A DNA stretch of 55,653 nt, counting the filler, from Catajapyx aquilonaris (taxonomy: Eukaryota), in NCBI GenBank assembly GCA_000934665.2. It is 2 parts of 2 records of this genome, joined end to end, with 100 filler letters (N's around TTAATTAATTAA, not from the genome) between each part and the next. Parts side by side here need not be neighbours in the genome. Positions count along the whole stretch, not along the records: positions 27,965 to 55,653 come from JYFJ02005010.1; 1 more part is not named here. One strand, given 5' to 3'. The position numbers and the translations under genes are program-made. How positions within the stretch are numbered: position 1 is the first letter of the stretch; each line of letters begins with the position of its first letter. This document shows, one piece after another, positions 37,061 to 50,900 of this stretch. The notes under the pieces were generated by a model. The model saw nothing but the letters and a program-made list of their open reading frames with translations. It made no database searches and was not told the DNA's origin.

Positions 37061-40000
37061 ACTGAAATAATATTACTGCATTTTCGATCATTTTACTGGT
37101 TCATAATTGGCCCATCATTGCAGGGACCCAATCAGAGGAATTATTCATCTAATATTGACCATAAGTCAGTAACAACCTGAATGACACGTTTACTTCATGC
37201 TATTTGACCATGAGCGTCATACCGTAATTACCCTGTAGTTCATCTTAATTAGGATCCAACCGAAATTAAATTCAACTTAATATTATTTTATTCTGTGTAA
37301 CTGTGACCGTCGACTTCAACATTAATTCATCCGATCACGGGATCTATCCTGATTGCATGATCACTTAAATCAATTTCTTTTCACCTGATGCGACTATGTG
37401 ACAGTCAAGGTCAGGAAAGTCGCCCCCTTCTCCCCAGCCATCAACCCCCCCCCCCCCCTTCCGACGCCCTCGTATACAGGCGTATGCTGTCAGTTTTTAG
37501 TAAACCAAGTTTATACTCAAGCAAACAAGATTTTAGATACAACAATATCAGGTTGCATGGAATGGCGCAATTACAAGTCAGGGGTGATAGTATGCAGGAA
37601 TCACGTGGAAATAATTTTGTGGTTATGGGTAATCGCGCAGGATTCATTAGCCGGGGCCCTATGGGAAAAAAATGAAATACACAGTCTGCATTACACACCG
37701 TTTCTCAACTTATAAATAAAATGAATGTATACGACACCCATCTAACCTCCCATCTAACACCTCAAAGAAAGGCCAGCTGATAGCCAAAAATCGATGATAA
37801 AAAATGCATCCATTTCAGTGGAATGCACCGCGTAATGGAAAAACCTACTGCTAACTATGCAAATTTGCGATTCGACTACCAACAAGGATCATTGGATTTG
37901 TCAGCAAATAGGGGCACATTACTTCAGTATGACGCCAGTAGCCTTCAAATTACATTACCGACATTATGAAAGGTCACTGTTACCATTTTTAATTCAGTCC
38001 ACATTTTATTCCACAATGCTTGCATGGGATGCCAAAATGACGTATGTTAAATGCGGCAATAACTGGTTTTGGTTGAAATGCGCATTATCGTACACTGAAG
38101 GTCACAGTGAAATGTTTTTTTTAAGTGGACGCAGCTGTTTTAAAATTCAAAATTCATCATGGAGGCAACATAATATCTGAACATGAACTCTAAAGTATCT
38201 TAACAGCAATTGATTGCCAGTGGAAAAGCGGCAGATCATTCTCATAAAATAATAAACAACCAGAACAGGAAAATCGTTACAAAATTTCACTTTCAAATGA
38301 GCCTGTCGTATGCCCCATAAATACGTAGGCCTACAGCCTCTTCAGTGTTACTGTAAATACGAGTAATTCCAAACTATTTTCCTTTTAAGAGTTTTCTCAA
38401 ACTTTAATTATGTGAAAAAGTTGCACACTTGAAAAAAAAATAAAACTGCTAAATTTGAAGTTGCCCCATCCCTCTCCGCATTGCCTGCAACCAAGTCTTT
38501 TTTATTTGACCCTCAGGAATATTCTTCACTTAAACTCACAGCTCGTCAAATCACATTTTAGTAAATAAAAACCAGCTGCGCAAATATTGCCATGGCATGA
38601 TCCTCAAATTATTGCACAATGTACAGAAATTAATGATCAAGGGTCAAATGGGACAACTCTATATCCGCCGACTGATACGTATGCCTATACTGAATATCGT
38701 GTAGATTCCATTTGACTTGGCCATCTAAACCGCTAGCTGTAATTATGCTTCTAATTGTAATTGTACCACTTGGTTAATTTTAAAAATTTGGACTACAGAA
38801 TAAAAAATCGTCATTAAAACTTGATGCAGATGAAAATGGTCCAACAATGTTTTGCCATAAGGCCTCAGCCTCCACCTTTGTCTCTAATTAATCGTCGCAC
38901 TTAATCCTGTCTTTTAATTACGCCTGGGGAAAAGCGTACCTTATTATGATGAGGTGTGCCGCACTTGACGCCGATGCGATGGAGGCCTCTCACACACGAA
39001 GTTCACTCAACGATTCGTCGCGATAATCTGAGACGTACTATACACAGATCAAAAAAAAAAAAAAAACTATTCTTTGTGCAGGTCGAGTCAGGGGGGGAAA
39101 AAGATAAGGTGCGACATTGTCAATTTCATTCATGGCTCAGTATTTGGCTTCCTATAATATGTCTTCAAATTAGTTACAGATAACAGGTCTCTCAATATCT
39201 CTCTTTACAAAGTGATGGGTAAATGGCTAAACCGCTGCACTGACAGACACTGTAGAGAGTCGCGTTCAGTTTCATCATAATAACACTACAAAGTGATTGC
39301 AACGTGTTCCGATAGAAACATGTTACTCATTTCTCCGCACTAAGCTAAACTTTCTCAAAAGGTTACTATTACATGTTATGTTAAAAATGGCAACTGTTAA
39401 CATAACGTTGCTTATGCCTGATTGCACCAACGAAATTACCGATTTGATACACTCCTAACAGATCGCTAGCACCAGGCTTCAAACATTTCGAGCCTGCCTA
39501 TAACCACTGTGTTAGAGAATAATAAGGAGGCATGAAACTGGAACATTTCATTTCAAAATATTTGTAGTTTCTTAACTTTTTTTTTTTTTTGAAAACCTTT
39601 CCCTCCGTTAAATTTTTAAAATTATTTGAAGAAACAAAGCCAACTCTCTTCCAGGTATATAGGAAGAACTACTCTTGACTCTTGAGTTAATACCATGGTG
39701 TTATGATCATGACGCGCCGTCAATTTGCGTGCCAAACGAGAACAACCACTCCTAAGTTATACATACACCCGATTCATCAAGCTTCAAGGTTACCTCATAA
39801 CTCAAGCACGAAGCACCATCTGAATAATTCTCCAGAGCATCGATTGAGGACAAATCAATGCATATACCGGACCTGTATTCCTCTGATGTCTCATTAATTT
39901 GATGGCTTGCAGTACTGTCTCCAGCTAATAATAGACACGAGTTGTCGCACGTGCGAATGAGCATGGACATTAATCTTTTAGTACACACAGCGGGCTCTAT

Positions 40001-40249
40001 ATAATAATTGGTGGACAATATATGGGTACAGTTTGCTAAGCGGTTAGCTAGTGTGAATGCTCTGAAGCATCAAAAATGCCACTGGATCAGGGTGGAGCTG
40101 TTACCAAATCGAAGAAGGTTTGACTGACTTGAGGCGCCCAAATAAGTCTCTCTTGGGCGTGAACCGCACGCAAGGAAATCACGCCAACCACATCGACCAG
40201 CCCAGTCTGTACGAAAGACTCGGCGGATTCAGTCCAGAACAAAACAGCA

Positions 40250-41995
40250 ATGCTGCAAGTGAGGAGAACAAAAGTGACCAGGTTCCTCTCAACGGTTATC
40301 CCTGATGCGTCCAAGGATGTCCAAGAAGTCTCATCAGAGAACATGTGGACTGTCCAACAAGCCTTCCGTCCTCTGGCTGTCCTGGCCAAATTGGTGGGTT
40401 GCTTCCCAACGACCAGGATCTGGAACGGACCCTACGGAACTCGAGAATGGATCACTCCTGTCATCTTCTTATCTGCTACCATCGCAGTGATAGTCTTCAA
40501 TTTGTGGGATTACACTGAAGATGATGGCTACGACGACGCCCCTGCAGAAGGGGGCACTAGAAAAGTCGTGGCCTTTATTTTCGACCTGTTTATGTTCACG
40601 GTTCTGATGCAGTACATCCTTCTGCTGGTCAACTTCAAAAAGATATGCTTGATTTTCAACAAACTGGTGGAGTTTGATGGGAAGTTGGAGAACAAGGTGA
40701 ACAAGTCCTTGTTCTTTGAAGCGTTGGGAATGCTGCTTTGTGCTTTAGTGCTGCAAGTGGCTTATAGCATCCCGGTTTGGATAGCAGCTGTTGGAAGAGC
40801 AGAATCCGCACTATGGAACTCTTACTTGGTCTTGCGGATATACACTGGCTTCTTCGATAGAATCGGCACGTTCATGGCCATTTTCCTGTCCGAATGTGCG
40901 AGGAAGCGCTTCTCTGTGGTAAGCTCCTCTATTGAATCCGCCATTCAGCTTCTGCCTGTCACTTACCCATTCTCCGAGACTGAAAGAAAAACAATGTCCA
41001 TCAAAGATTGCACCCCAAAACATCTGGCAAATGGCAAGCACAAGGCCCTGCTAGACCTGCACGGCTTGTTTCAATACCTGTGCATGACAGTGGATGCAAT
41101 TAGTGATGCCTTCGGATGGATCCTGCTCCTCGAGTACCTCCGATGCATTGTCGCCATCGTGGGTTCAGGAGCCTTCCTCATTTTTAGTGAGTGGATAGAT
41201 GAATACGAAGAGCCAAAGTTTTGCTTCATCTTGGAGGTCATCTCAGCGTCTGTGATGCTTGTGGTCATGACAGTGATTCCAGCCGGAATTGAAGTACAGG
41301 TGAGGTAGATAGTGGGGCTCACCAGTCCCATTTGTACAAAACTGGGATTCAATGAAAATATATTAATGAATCTCGCCACAAATATTAATCCATTTTTTAA
41401 ATTTTATGACAGGCAACTTCGTCACTGCCTAGATTAGACTGCATCAGTTTGCACGACCTTGACTCTGAATGCAAGCAACAGGTAAACACAAATGTATCAT
41501 TACAACATGTGCAAACTAATACAGTGGATTTCAAATTGGTACAACCAGATAGAGAGGCTGACCAACAGAATGACACGACCTCCTCGAATATCAGCTGCAG
41601 GTTTCTTCTCCATCGAAAGAGGCCTCCTTCCTGCGGTGAGTTTCCACACACATGGATAATATGGTGTACTATCTGAGATGCAAACTTCAGACCATTTGGA
41701 TATACGATAAGTCTTTCATATTCAGCTGCTACAATGTGCCAAGTAAATTAATGCTGTTAAGCATAGCCTGAAGACCCAACTTGATTAATATAATCAGATG
41801 AGAATGAATGGGTGTCCTGACCTTGATCAACTAGACAGAAGCTAACCCATTCATGTATCTTCCTTACAGGTGGCAGCATCAATAGTGACATACCTTGTCA
41901 TCATCGCACAGTTCAAAGGGTCAGAAAAGGCACCTAAACATGATAATGCCACAGGCAATCGTAGGTCCAATTTAAATGATTCTTGGACTGAATGA
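40250..41995 (+). CDS. Gustatory receptor (7tm_7 family)
   Basis: Exons 40250-41299, 41413-41481, 41549-41635 and 41870-41995, all joined by phase-0 introns. ISAAGFFSIER and the TM7 motif VTYLVIIAQF. Start codon uncertain. Confidence 0.93.
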
Positions 41996-42694
41996 GCGTT
42001 CAAGAGGCCAAACATGTTAAAATGTGACAATTTTCATGTGACATGTAAAGTTCACATGCTAAATGCTGCTGTCAGTGTGTGTCCACTTTTTCACTTACCA
42101 GGTGACCTTGAAAGAGAATAGTGCAAGCGTGCATTATTTCAACACTGTTATCACTAGAAAAATGCTTTTTCATTAATATATTTTAAAATACAATAGTATT
42201 GTTCTCGTTGCCAATGTGAGCATCCCACTACAGCCTAATATAAGAAGTGATGTTTAATGCATAATTAAAATTCCTTCACACACAGGGATTTTCTTACTGG
42301 GGATGTAAAAATGCTATCCACTTCTGCTATGGGGAACAAAAATACATAGTAATTTATATTTTTCTGCAGGTATTACACAATATTTTCCACTAAAGGCAGG
42401 TATCATTATACTATTTGATGTAAAACAATGTAAATACAACTGATTTTTAGAAAAATTCGTGACAAGTGTCTTGACCTCTATTCCCTTGGAACAGCAAGTT
42501 TTCAACTTATCAAGTCATCTACACCTGCACACATGTCGGAATATATGTTTTTTAAATATTATTTCTCACAATATATTGACATCGTACCCGTAGTCATGCT
42601 GTAATGAGAAAAGAAAAAAAAATGCATCCTTGTTTTCTTCTTGTTCCTGAGTTTGTCCCAGGCACTGGGATGTTTGTTACATACTGCCAACTCT

Positions 42695-42772
42695 TGGGTG
42701 GCATTTTCACCCGACATGTCCGAGCAGAATAATTGCACTCCCTTCTCTGCCCAGGGCCAAGAGAAAAGGTCT
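42695..42772 (+). mobile_element. SINE body fragment (same family as 13614-13790)
   Basis: ttttcacccgacat..ccgagcagaa..ttgcactccct.ctctgcccagggcca.gagaaaaggtctg is shared with the reverse complement of 13614-13682. Confidence 0.6.
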
Positions 42773-43509
42773 GCAATTATTTTAAGAGAGGTTATTTTCA
42801 TGAGAAAATATATCAGGATTTTTCCATTTGATATGGTGTCTTTAAGTGTTTGTCCAACAATCCTGTTAAGCCAAGGGACAGATGTGCATTTTATGATTAC
42901 AAAAATTCCAACAAATGAAATACATGAATGAAGTTTATTTCACGCTATTACTTACAAAATAGATGTAGAAAGGGCCATAAGCCTGATTCTAAAGAGTTCT
43001 TAACAACTACAAAAGTAAGGAAAGACAACCATTTTTACACCAACATGTCACATAAAGAAAATGGATGGAATTTTCGTTCCACTGATAGTTTACTGCTAAC
43101 TTCGCAGTACCAGTGTTGGCAATGGCACTGCTAAGTTAGCAGTAACTATCAGTGGGACGAAAATTCCACCCAGTATTAAACTTGCCTGTCCTATTCAAAC
43201 AGGGTAGGAGGCTCCAAATATTTTTTTGGCTCAATAATGTTGCAATTTACAGAATCCTAAACCAACACCATGTAACTGACGCGCTACCTTGTTACCAGGT
43301 GGAACGCTTTCCCTCTGTGCTCAGAAACAAATTCCTGAGGATACATACAACCTTGCAAATGCTTTCCAAGAAGTTGTGGATTAGCTCATGATTTGTTGAA
43401 ATGGTGTCCTTGGAAAGTAACAAATTACTGATACACCTATGTTTAACAACACTTTCACTCAATTTCACACGCAATGAAAATTGGAAATAAAAATTTGATA
43501 GGTCACCAA

Positions 43510-45097
43510 TTATGAATCAAAGTCTCCCGTGGGAGCATTTGGCTGATATTCTTCCCTGTTTTCAGCAGGAGTGTGCCCCAGTGGGTCGTCCGCATGTTCC
43601 AAGTCTGCTGTCTTGATGGCTATGCTCTCTTCATCTTCTTCCTCTTTACTGACCTCATGTCTCGAGTATTCTGCATTGTTTTGGTCATCATCCAAGCACA
43701 GAGGGTCTTCATCATCTTCCCCCTCCTCTTTCTCCGCTGGCAATGATGTGGTCCTAGAAATTACAACCAATCATTTTAAATAATGTCCAGTAATTAGTAT
43801 GAAAATTCATCCATCTCCACTAGTTATGTCAGGTAATTCTGAAATAGAGTTAGATATATATTGCAGAATAATTACTTGGAATAATCGCCACAGATTTCTC
43901 TTTCGGCATCGTGGAGGATCACAGCAATTTTGTGCCTTGTTGTGCACTGTAGCCTTGCTGGTAGGCGATCTAGTACACAGGTCACATAGGCACCAAAACA
44001 CTGGGTAAGAGTACTGTTCCTAGCAGTTGCGCTAACAATGCTATCTGTCGTTGCCCTCAATGCCTTCAAAAGCTCCTCGTCTATTTCCCTGTCCATATCT
44101 CTGCTCCGCTTCTTTGGATGTTGCCTCCTGTTGTCCTCTGGCAGTCTGGTGGTAGCGAAAGATGGCACAGGCGGAGGCTGCGGAGGTGCCATAGTCAGTA
44201 GTCCAGAGCAGCTGGGCTGATTGGCAATCTGTGGTGACACATCCCCTTCCATATCTTCAGCGGAATTCTTCTCAGCTGCGCTCTGCTGCCTAACGTCCTC
44301 TCTAACGCCTTCAGCTGAATCCTCCTGAATTAAAATCTGTGGTTTGACATCCTCTTCCATACCTTCAGCATAATTATTCTGAATTGGAATCATCATCTCC
44401 TCTTCCATGCCTTCACCAGAATTTTCCTCTGTGGAGCCCTCCATCATGTAAAGAGCATCACTCTGGTTGGCATCATAGTCCTGACGAGATCGCCTTGTCC
44501 TGCATGAATGAGAACTCTGATAAAATCACCAATCATCTTGGCCAGTTGCACACTAGCCGCATACGAACAAGGAGAAATTAATTGTTGGCTACCATCACTC
44601 TGCTAGCATTCAGAGAGGATCATTTATCCCAACGTAACTGACTGGTATTTCTCTGAGAAGTTGCTTATAAAAATGCTTGCATAGAAATGTCGATACCTCC
44701 TGTGCGTAATGACCTCATCCAGGAAACTCAGGCAGCGATACACTGGCCACCTATCCGCTGGGATGTAGTCGATGTCGGTGGGCCTGGTCTTCACCGTGCG
44801 TTTGTACCGCACGTACTTATCCCTGATGGTCTTCCATCTGCTCTCGCAGTCCTCGACTGTAAAACGGAGCAGATGAAGCGTTACTCTGCAACTGTTCCAC
44901 CGCAGTTTGCCCTGGTGCGACCAGGACGTGCAGTAAGTACCTTTCCTGCCCAGCGCTGCGGCCACCATGTTCCACGCAGTCCACTTGAGCTGGTTGTTCC
45001 TGTACTCCTTCAGCTTGGTGTTGTACAGGATGACATACTTCTGCACCTCTGCGGCCAGGATCTGGTCCAGCCTGTCCTCCACCGTCCATGTCGCCAT
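43510..45097 (-). CDS. MADF-BESS transcription factor (Adf-1-like)
   Basis: Exons 45097-44941, 44856-44697, 44499-43876 and 43753-43510 join in frame. MADF domain (LAAEVQKYVILYN...KWTAWNMVA...CESRWKTIRDKY...WPVYRCLSFL); BESS-like FGAYVTCVLDRLPARLQCTTRHKIAVIL; acidic tail. An alternative stop at 43872 is possible. Confidence 0.88.
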
Positions 45098-45935
45098 GGC
45101 CCTTCCCTTGCTCCGGTCCTCCTCGACCAGTGCCTCGACCAGCGACCGGATTCAAGGGAGACCCAAGCGGGGAGAGAATCGGGCTGGAAGTTCCCGCAGA
45201 AGAAAACGAGACAAAAAGAAAAGAACGCTACCGGGCAGCCATCTTGGGTGCGTTCATACTCTCGTTCGTGCTCGGAGTCGCGGGTCGAATTAGCGTAGCA
45301 GATCTGCGATATATCGCAAGAGCGACTGCTACTTTCGAGTAACCGCTAATTGCGCAGTCGCTATTCAGCTATGTAAATGTATATTGAGACGTTAATTAGG
45401 TTTAGAGCCTACTACTGCACATAATGTATGATGTTTTAAATTAGTTTTAATCGCAATAATAAAACTTTACACATATTCTTAGTTTGTCTTCTATAAAATG
45501 TATGTTTTTTATATAAAAAAATGGCGAGACATGGCTTGTTGGAAACCTACGAAACAGGAGCTTGGAATGACAGGTGTCAGATGGACGTCGGATCCTACCA
45601 GAATTATGCAGTCCGTGACCTAACTACCATTGTGAGCACAGAGTGAGACAACCGATAGCCTGAATAAAGAATCTTAGGTACCGATACGTTCTTTAAAAAC
45701 ATTGCGTAAAAGTCATTATTCTATTCCGACTACAAGAATTTCATTTATTAGTATTTTTCATCATGTAGACGAGGTTGATATTTTCATAATTATTATACAA
45801 GGTGAAATGTACGGCTCTAATACGATTGTTTAAAAAATAATGTGAAGTAGCACACAAAACGAAAGTGTAAATGGAGTACAAACAGATCCTTGTATTACTA
45901 CATCAGGACAGGCAGGTCACTCGGGCCATCCTCAC

Positions 45936-46920
45936 CTAATGAAGGCCTGTATCTTCCTCATGTGGAGTTGTTTCCATGGGAGGTCGAAGAACTGATTTCA
46001 CTGCAGAAATACGGGGGAAGTACTTTGTGATTCGCATGATTTGCGTGATTTCTATTAAGAAACACACGCATGTTACCACCCATGAAGCAACGATGAGAAC
46101 AAAAGGACCGTACAGCTTCCTTACAGTGAGGGGCCTACTCTCCTCCTCATCCTCGCTCCCCATCCCTTCCTCAGCCTCTTCTTCTTCATCATCACTCTTG
46201 GACCACTGGCGACGCTGGACCTCCTTCAGGGACTTAAGAAACACACGGTAGAGTTCGACTTGCTGCAGATATGACATCAATCCAGATTCAAATTCCCAAA
46301 GCGCCGGTCTAGTTACGTATGGCAATAAGGGAATGTCCTTGAGAGTTGAAGAGCTGGTGTAAAAGCTGAGAGTAGGTTCGGTGTTGTCTCTCACACGAAG
46401 GTTTCCATTGCTGTCCACCACTTCATATTATTATTTTAGCCAGGTTCATGACGTAACTAAGTCCGATGCAACTGTGTGATGGTCCTCTTCAGCTGTTTTT
46501 CAATGCATTCTGTGTAGCTGCTCATCATCTTCAATTTTTGAGCAATCTCGTGGTAGTAGGTGTGGCCTTCCACTTTGCTGGCCAACATGTTGTATAGACC
46601 ACAACCATTTCCAAATGGGCTCCGACTTCGAAATCCGAGTTGCTGAGTTCCTCCAGTGTGGTTGGCAGAATCTCCTTCTCAGGGACTGCCACAAAAGCGA
46701 AAACCATTTCTTGGTAACCACACGACAGGATCATGGCCACGAAAAACCAAAACAATACAAAGATTCTCGCTGCATGAGCCCTTGGAAACTCTTCGTTGGG
46801 CAAATGCTCAATCAAGGCACGGCCACCACAAGAGTGAATTAGTTACCCCGTTTCAGGGCAGGGCCCTCTTGGGGGGACACAACTCTCAGATACAGATCAT
46901 CACCCAATATGGCAGTACCC
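45936..46920 (-). pseudogene. Divergent ionotropic receptor pseudogene (pore, TM2, S2, TM3)
   Basis: ALIEH..ARIFVLFWFFVAMILSCGYQEMVFAFVAVP..PTTLEEL, EFESGLM and RPLTVRKLYGPF..FLIEI; several frameshifts at 46420-46610; 5' part missing at the LINE junction. Confidence 0.8.
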
Positions 46921-46924
46921 TTAA

Positions 46925-47547
46925 AAATAAATCCTTTTCCCCACATTATCAAAAAAAAATTAAATAGACGGTATGCCACCTCTTTTGGCAGGTTCCCAAA
47001 CAAAAGGTGGGTCTTATCGGCTGAAAACACCCTCAGATCTGACACAAAATTCTTCCTGGGCGTAATGAAGAAAGGTCAATTGTACAAGTCATGATGCAAT
47101 GAGAAAGTCTCGTGAGAGTTACACCAAGTACAGGGAAGTGTATCATCGAAAACAATTTTCCGGCCGCGTATATATTGAGGGGGATTGGTTTCTGAGGCTG
47201 GCCATCAGCCTTGTGATAGGCAGTGGTAAACAAAAGGCCAAATACCAAGGCGGAGATGATTCCGGGACTATAGATCCCGATAATGAACATATCGGGTTGA
47301 ACGAGTTAGTGCCAGGTGACTAGCACTTAAAAATACGTTCCTCATAAACTTGAATGCCCGCACCCAATGAGAGTTCCAGTAATTCCAAGTCATCACAGCC
47401 CACTTCCGATAACTCTCGGTATATACCCTACTGTACCAGTTCAGGCTTGGGGATGTAGCCGCCGCCTGGTTTTTGGAACTAAGGTATGCCAGTTTCTGGA
47501 GCCGGGAGGTAGGAAGGTTGGTCAGCTTTATCAGTTGTTTGCCTATC
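46925..47547 (-). mobile_element. Non-LTR retrotransposon (LINE) ORF2 3' fragment, part 2
   Basis: Continues part 1 across the TSD: IGKQLIKLTNLPTSRLQKLAY...NWYSRV..., ending GNLPKEVAYRLFNFFLIMW; degenerate. Confidence 0.65.
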
Positions 47548-47884
47548 TGTAACAGGGTGTGAAAGATGTGAGGATATTTTTTTGTGTGTGTGATGTAATC
47601 CTGCATTCTATTCGAGGGACAATTTGACTGACAAAGGTAATATATATATGGGAGAGGGGCTCCAGAGGAGGACTCCCAGGGTGGTGGTTGAGGGGAGCGG
47701 TTGCGATCGCCCTTTTCGGATACGGGGTAGTGTGTTGTACGCCCCATCCTCACAGTGTAATAAGTTTGAAGGAAGCTGTACTCAAAAGAGGAATAAGATA
47801 CATATGAGAAGACACCCTGGAGTTTATTCAGCAGATCCAAATCCATTACGTTTGACCTTGCGATTTGACGGACACGAGGTTACA
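47548..47884 (+). repeat. 5' LTR (337 bp)
   Basis: TGTAACAGGG...GAGGTTACA; near-identical to 52095-52434. Confidence 0.97.
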
Positions 47885-47886
47885 AG

Positions 47887-47897
47887 TGGTAGCAGTG
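47887..47897 (+). promoter_or_regulatory. Primer-binding site, initiator tRNA-Met-like
   Basis: TGGTAGCAG begins 2 nt after the 5' LTR and is complementary to the CUGCUACCA 3' end of eukaryotic tRNAi-Met. Confidence 0.8.
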
Positions 47898-47993
47898 CCA
47901 CGGTGACGGTTCGAGGCGTTGTGCTTACGGACGGTGTCGGTACGGTGACCTGGGGGTGTCCGGGTGCATTGGATTTGTGTGCGTGGTGGTGCG

Positions 47994-50900
47994 ATGGCCG
48001 ATGCGTTCGCCGCACAGTTAGCCCAGGCGATGCAGGCGCTGTTGAACTCGCAGCAGCAGTTGGTGCAGACCATAGCGGGTCAGACTCAGGCACGTCATTT
48101 CGCGACACCGAGGGTGGCCTCGTTTGACGGTACGCAGGCTGTTGGCGTGCGTGCGTGGATCTTCCAGTTGGAGGCGGGCTTTGCGGCGTCCGGAATACCG
48201 GACGATTCGCGGTTGGTACATGTGCCGGTCCTGCTGTCCGACGGGGCATTGCAGTGGTATGTACACCGTACCACGGCGGGCGGTACGTTTCGGGACTTTG
48301 CCGAGTTCAAGACGGCCATAACCGAGGCGTTTGAGCCTGCGCATTTTCAGGCCAATTTGAGGCGTGAATTGGCGGGTCTGCAACAGGATTCCGCTGGCGT
48401 ACAATGCTATGTGCGGGAGTTCCTGAAGCTCATTAACCAATGCGATGAGATGTGCGAGTTGGATAAAGTTCATTTTTTTTTGGAGGGACTACGCCGTCGC
48501 ACGCGCGCGGAGATGATCTTCCGCGCCCCTACTACATTGGCGGAGGCGATTGGGATGGCCACACAATTAGAAGAGGCCCACCAGCAGCGGCAGCAGGGTC
48601 CGTTGGCTAGGCGCCCGGACCTAGGGGATGATCATCCCTCTGGAAGGAGTGCCGCCACGTTCGGCGGAGGGGGTTTCCGGCGTGGATTTCACGGCGGTTG
48701 GAGGCGCCCTTTTCGAGCTCAGCGAGGTAGAGGTGACATGGTGGCTCCTGCGTCGGCGGGTCAACGTGGCCACGCCGTTGCTCCGAGTTATGGGGAGCCG
48801 ATGGATGTCTCACATGTCACCAGGACGAGCCGGGACGCCATGGTGTGTTTCACGTGCCGTGGAACGGGGCATGGAGCCCGTGAATGTCCAAGTAAGAAGT
48901 CGCCACGACGTGCCAGAGGTGCTGACAACTCGTCGGTGGCCAAGATCAGGAACTGCGACGGGGGAGACAGCGAGTCCGGACTACAGTCGGGATTCCTCGT
49001 CGTCGTGGGTGACGTTGGTGGTGTATCAGTGAAGTGTTTATACGACAGCGGCTCTTCGGACTGCTTCATCAGTGCGGATTGTGCCACACGTCTGCAGCTG
49101 GGACAGGAGCATGGTGCAGGTGGTCAGAAGATGCCCGTGGCGATGGCGGATGGAACAATCCGTTATAGCACACAAGCTGTAAAAGTTGATGATGTCGATT
49201 TTGGGGGTTGGAAGTGTTCCTTTACAGCTCATGTTTTACACTTGGAGAAGCATGATATCATTTTGGGGTTGCCGTGGATTCGTAGGTTCAATCCTAGTAT
49301 TGACTGGGATGCAAATAGTATGGAGGTGAAGACTGGGAATAGGTGGGTGAAATTGCCCGTCGTTACCAGCGAAGTTCCGGTGACATCTATGATGCTAAAT
49401 CACATGGCATTTGAGAAGGAAATTGAAACTGCGACAGAGGGGGAATTGTTTGTGATTATTCAGAAAAATGTCGTGGGAGAAAATCAAAGTGGCAATGATA
49501 AATGTATGGAAGGTATTTTGAGGGAATATGGGGATGTTTTCCCTGAGGATTTGCCCGATGGATTACCACCCCAGAGGAATGTTGAGCATAGGATAGAGTT
49601 GGTACAGGATGCGACACCAAGTTGGTGTCCCGCATATAAAATGACAAGAGATGAGTTGGTGGAACTGAAGAAGCAACTGACAGAATTGTTAAAAAAAGGT
49701 TTCATTATACCCAGCGGATCGAATTTTGGATCTCCGGTTTTGTTTGTCAAAAAGCATAACGGGGAGTTGAGGCTTTGTGCAGATTATAGGAAGGTGAATG
49801 CGTTGACAAAAAAAGAGAAGTATACTCTTCCTAATATCGAAGAATCATTAGATCAGTTGGATGGGGCAAAGTGGTTCAGCCGTATTGATTTGAAATCCGG
49901 ATACCATCAGGTACGTGTCAGGCCAGAAGATACGCATATCCCCGCGATTAACACCAGATATGGCACATTTGAATATCTGGTCATGCCTTTTGGACTTTGC
50001 AATGCAACTTTCACTTTCACTAAGCTGATGAACCAAGTGTTCTTGCCGGTCTTGGATGATTGCGTGTTGGTGTATTTGGACGACTTATTGGTGTACAGCA
50101 AAAACAAGGAAGAACCACGTGAGACATCTGCAACAGGTTTTTCAGATTATGCGTAAGCACAAGTTATACGGCAGGTTTGATAAATGTGAGTTCTTCCGAG
50201 ATGAGTTGGAGTTTCTGGGCTTCAAGGTTTCGGGTGAAGGTATTGCGGTAGTAGGAAAGAAAATAGAGGTCATCAGGGACTGGCCAGTGCCGACAAATGT
50301 GCGTGAGGTGAGGTCTTTCTTGGGGATGGCGAATTTTTACAGGAAGTATGTCAAAGGGTTCGCCGGTATCACAGGACCTATTTCGCATTTGCTCAGAGAT
50401 GATGTAACATTCATATGGGGTTTAGAGCAGCAAGATGCTTTTGACAAGGTCAAGCATTTTCTCACGTCCGCTCCCATACTCAAGGTCTTCGACCCCAATG
50501 GGGCAGCGATAGTGAGAGTGGATGCGTCGGGGAAATCCATAGGCGCGGTGTTAGCTCAGGTGGATGTGGGAGGCTTGGAATGTGTCGTCGCTTATGAGTC
50601 GAGGAAGCTGACGAGGACCGAGGAGGGTTGGTCAGTTTATGAATTGGAATTGCTAAGTGTAGTACATGCTTTACGCATTTGGAGGAGGTATCTCATGGGG
50701 CGTCATTTCATACTTGAAACGGACAACAAGGCCGTGAGCATGCTGAAGTCTCAACAACAGGTTTTTGTATACCCAAAGGTGTGTTGAGGGGTAGACTTTT
50801 GAATGAGTATCACACGGCACCATCTAGTGGTCATTTTGGGTACGATAAAACTTATGCGGCATTAGCTTCTCATTATTTTTGGCCGGGTCTTTGGACGGAT

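Noticed and set aside
47268..47846. 192-aa antisense ORF at the LTR
   Set aside because: Chimera of antisense LTR sequence and the flanking LINE frame.
50100..50125. Programmed ribosomal frameshift in pol
   Set aside because: It falls inside RT just after YLDD, not at the gag-pol junction; a one-base insertion explains it.
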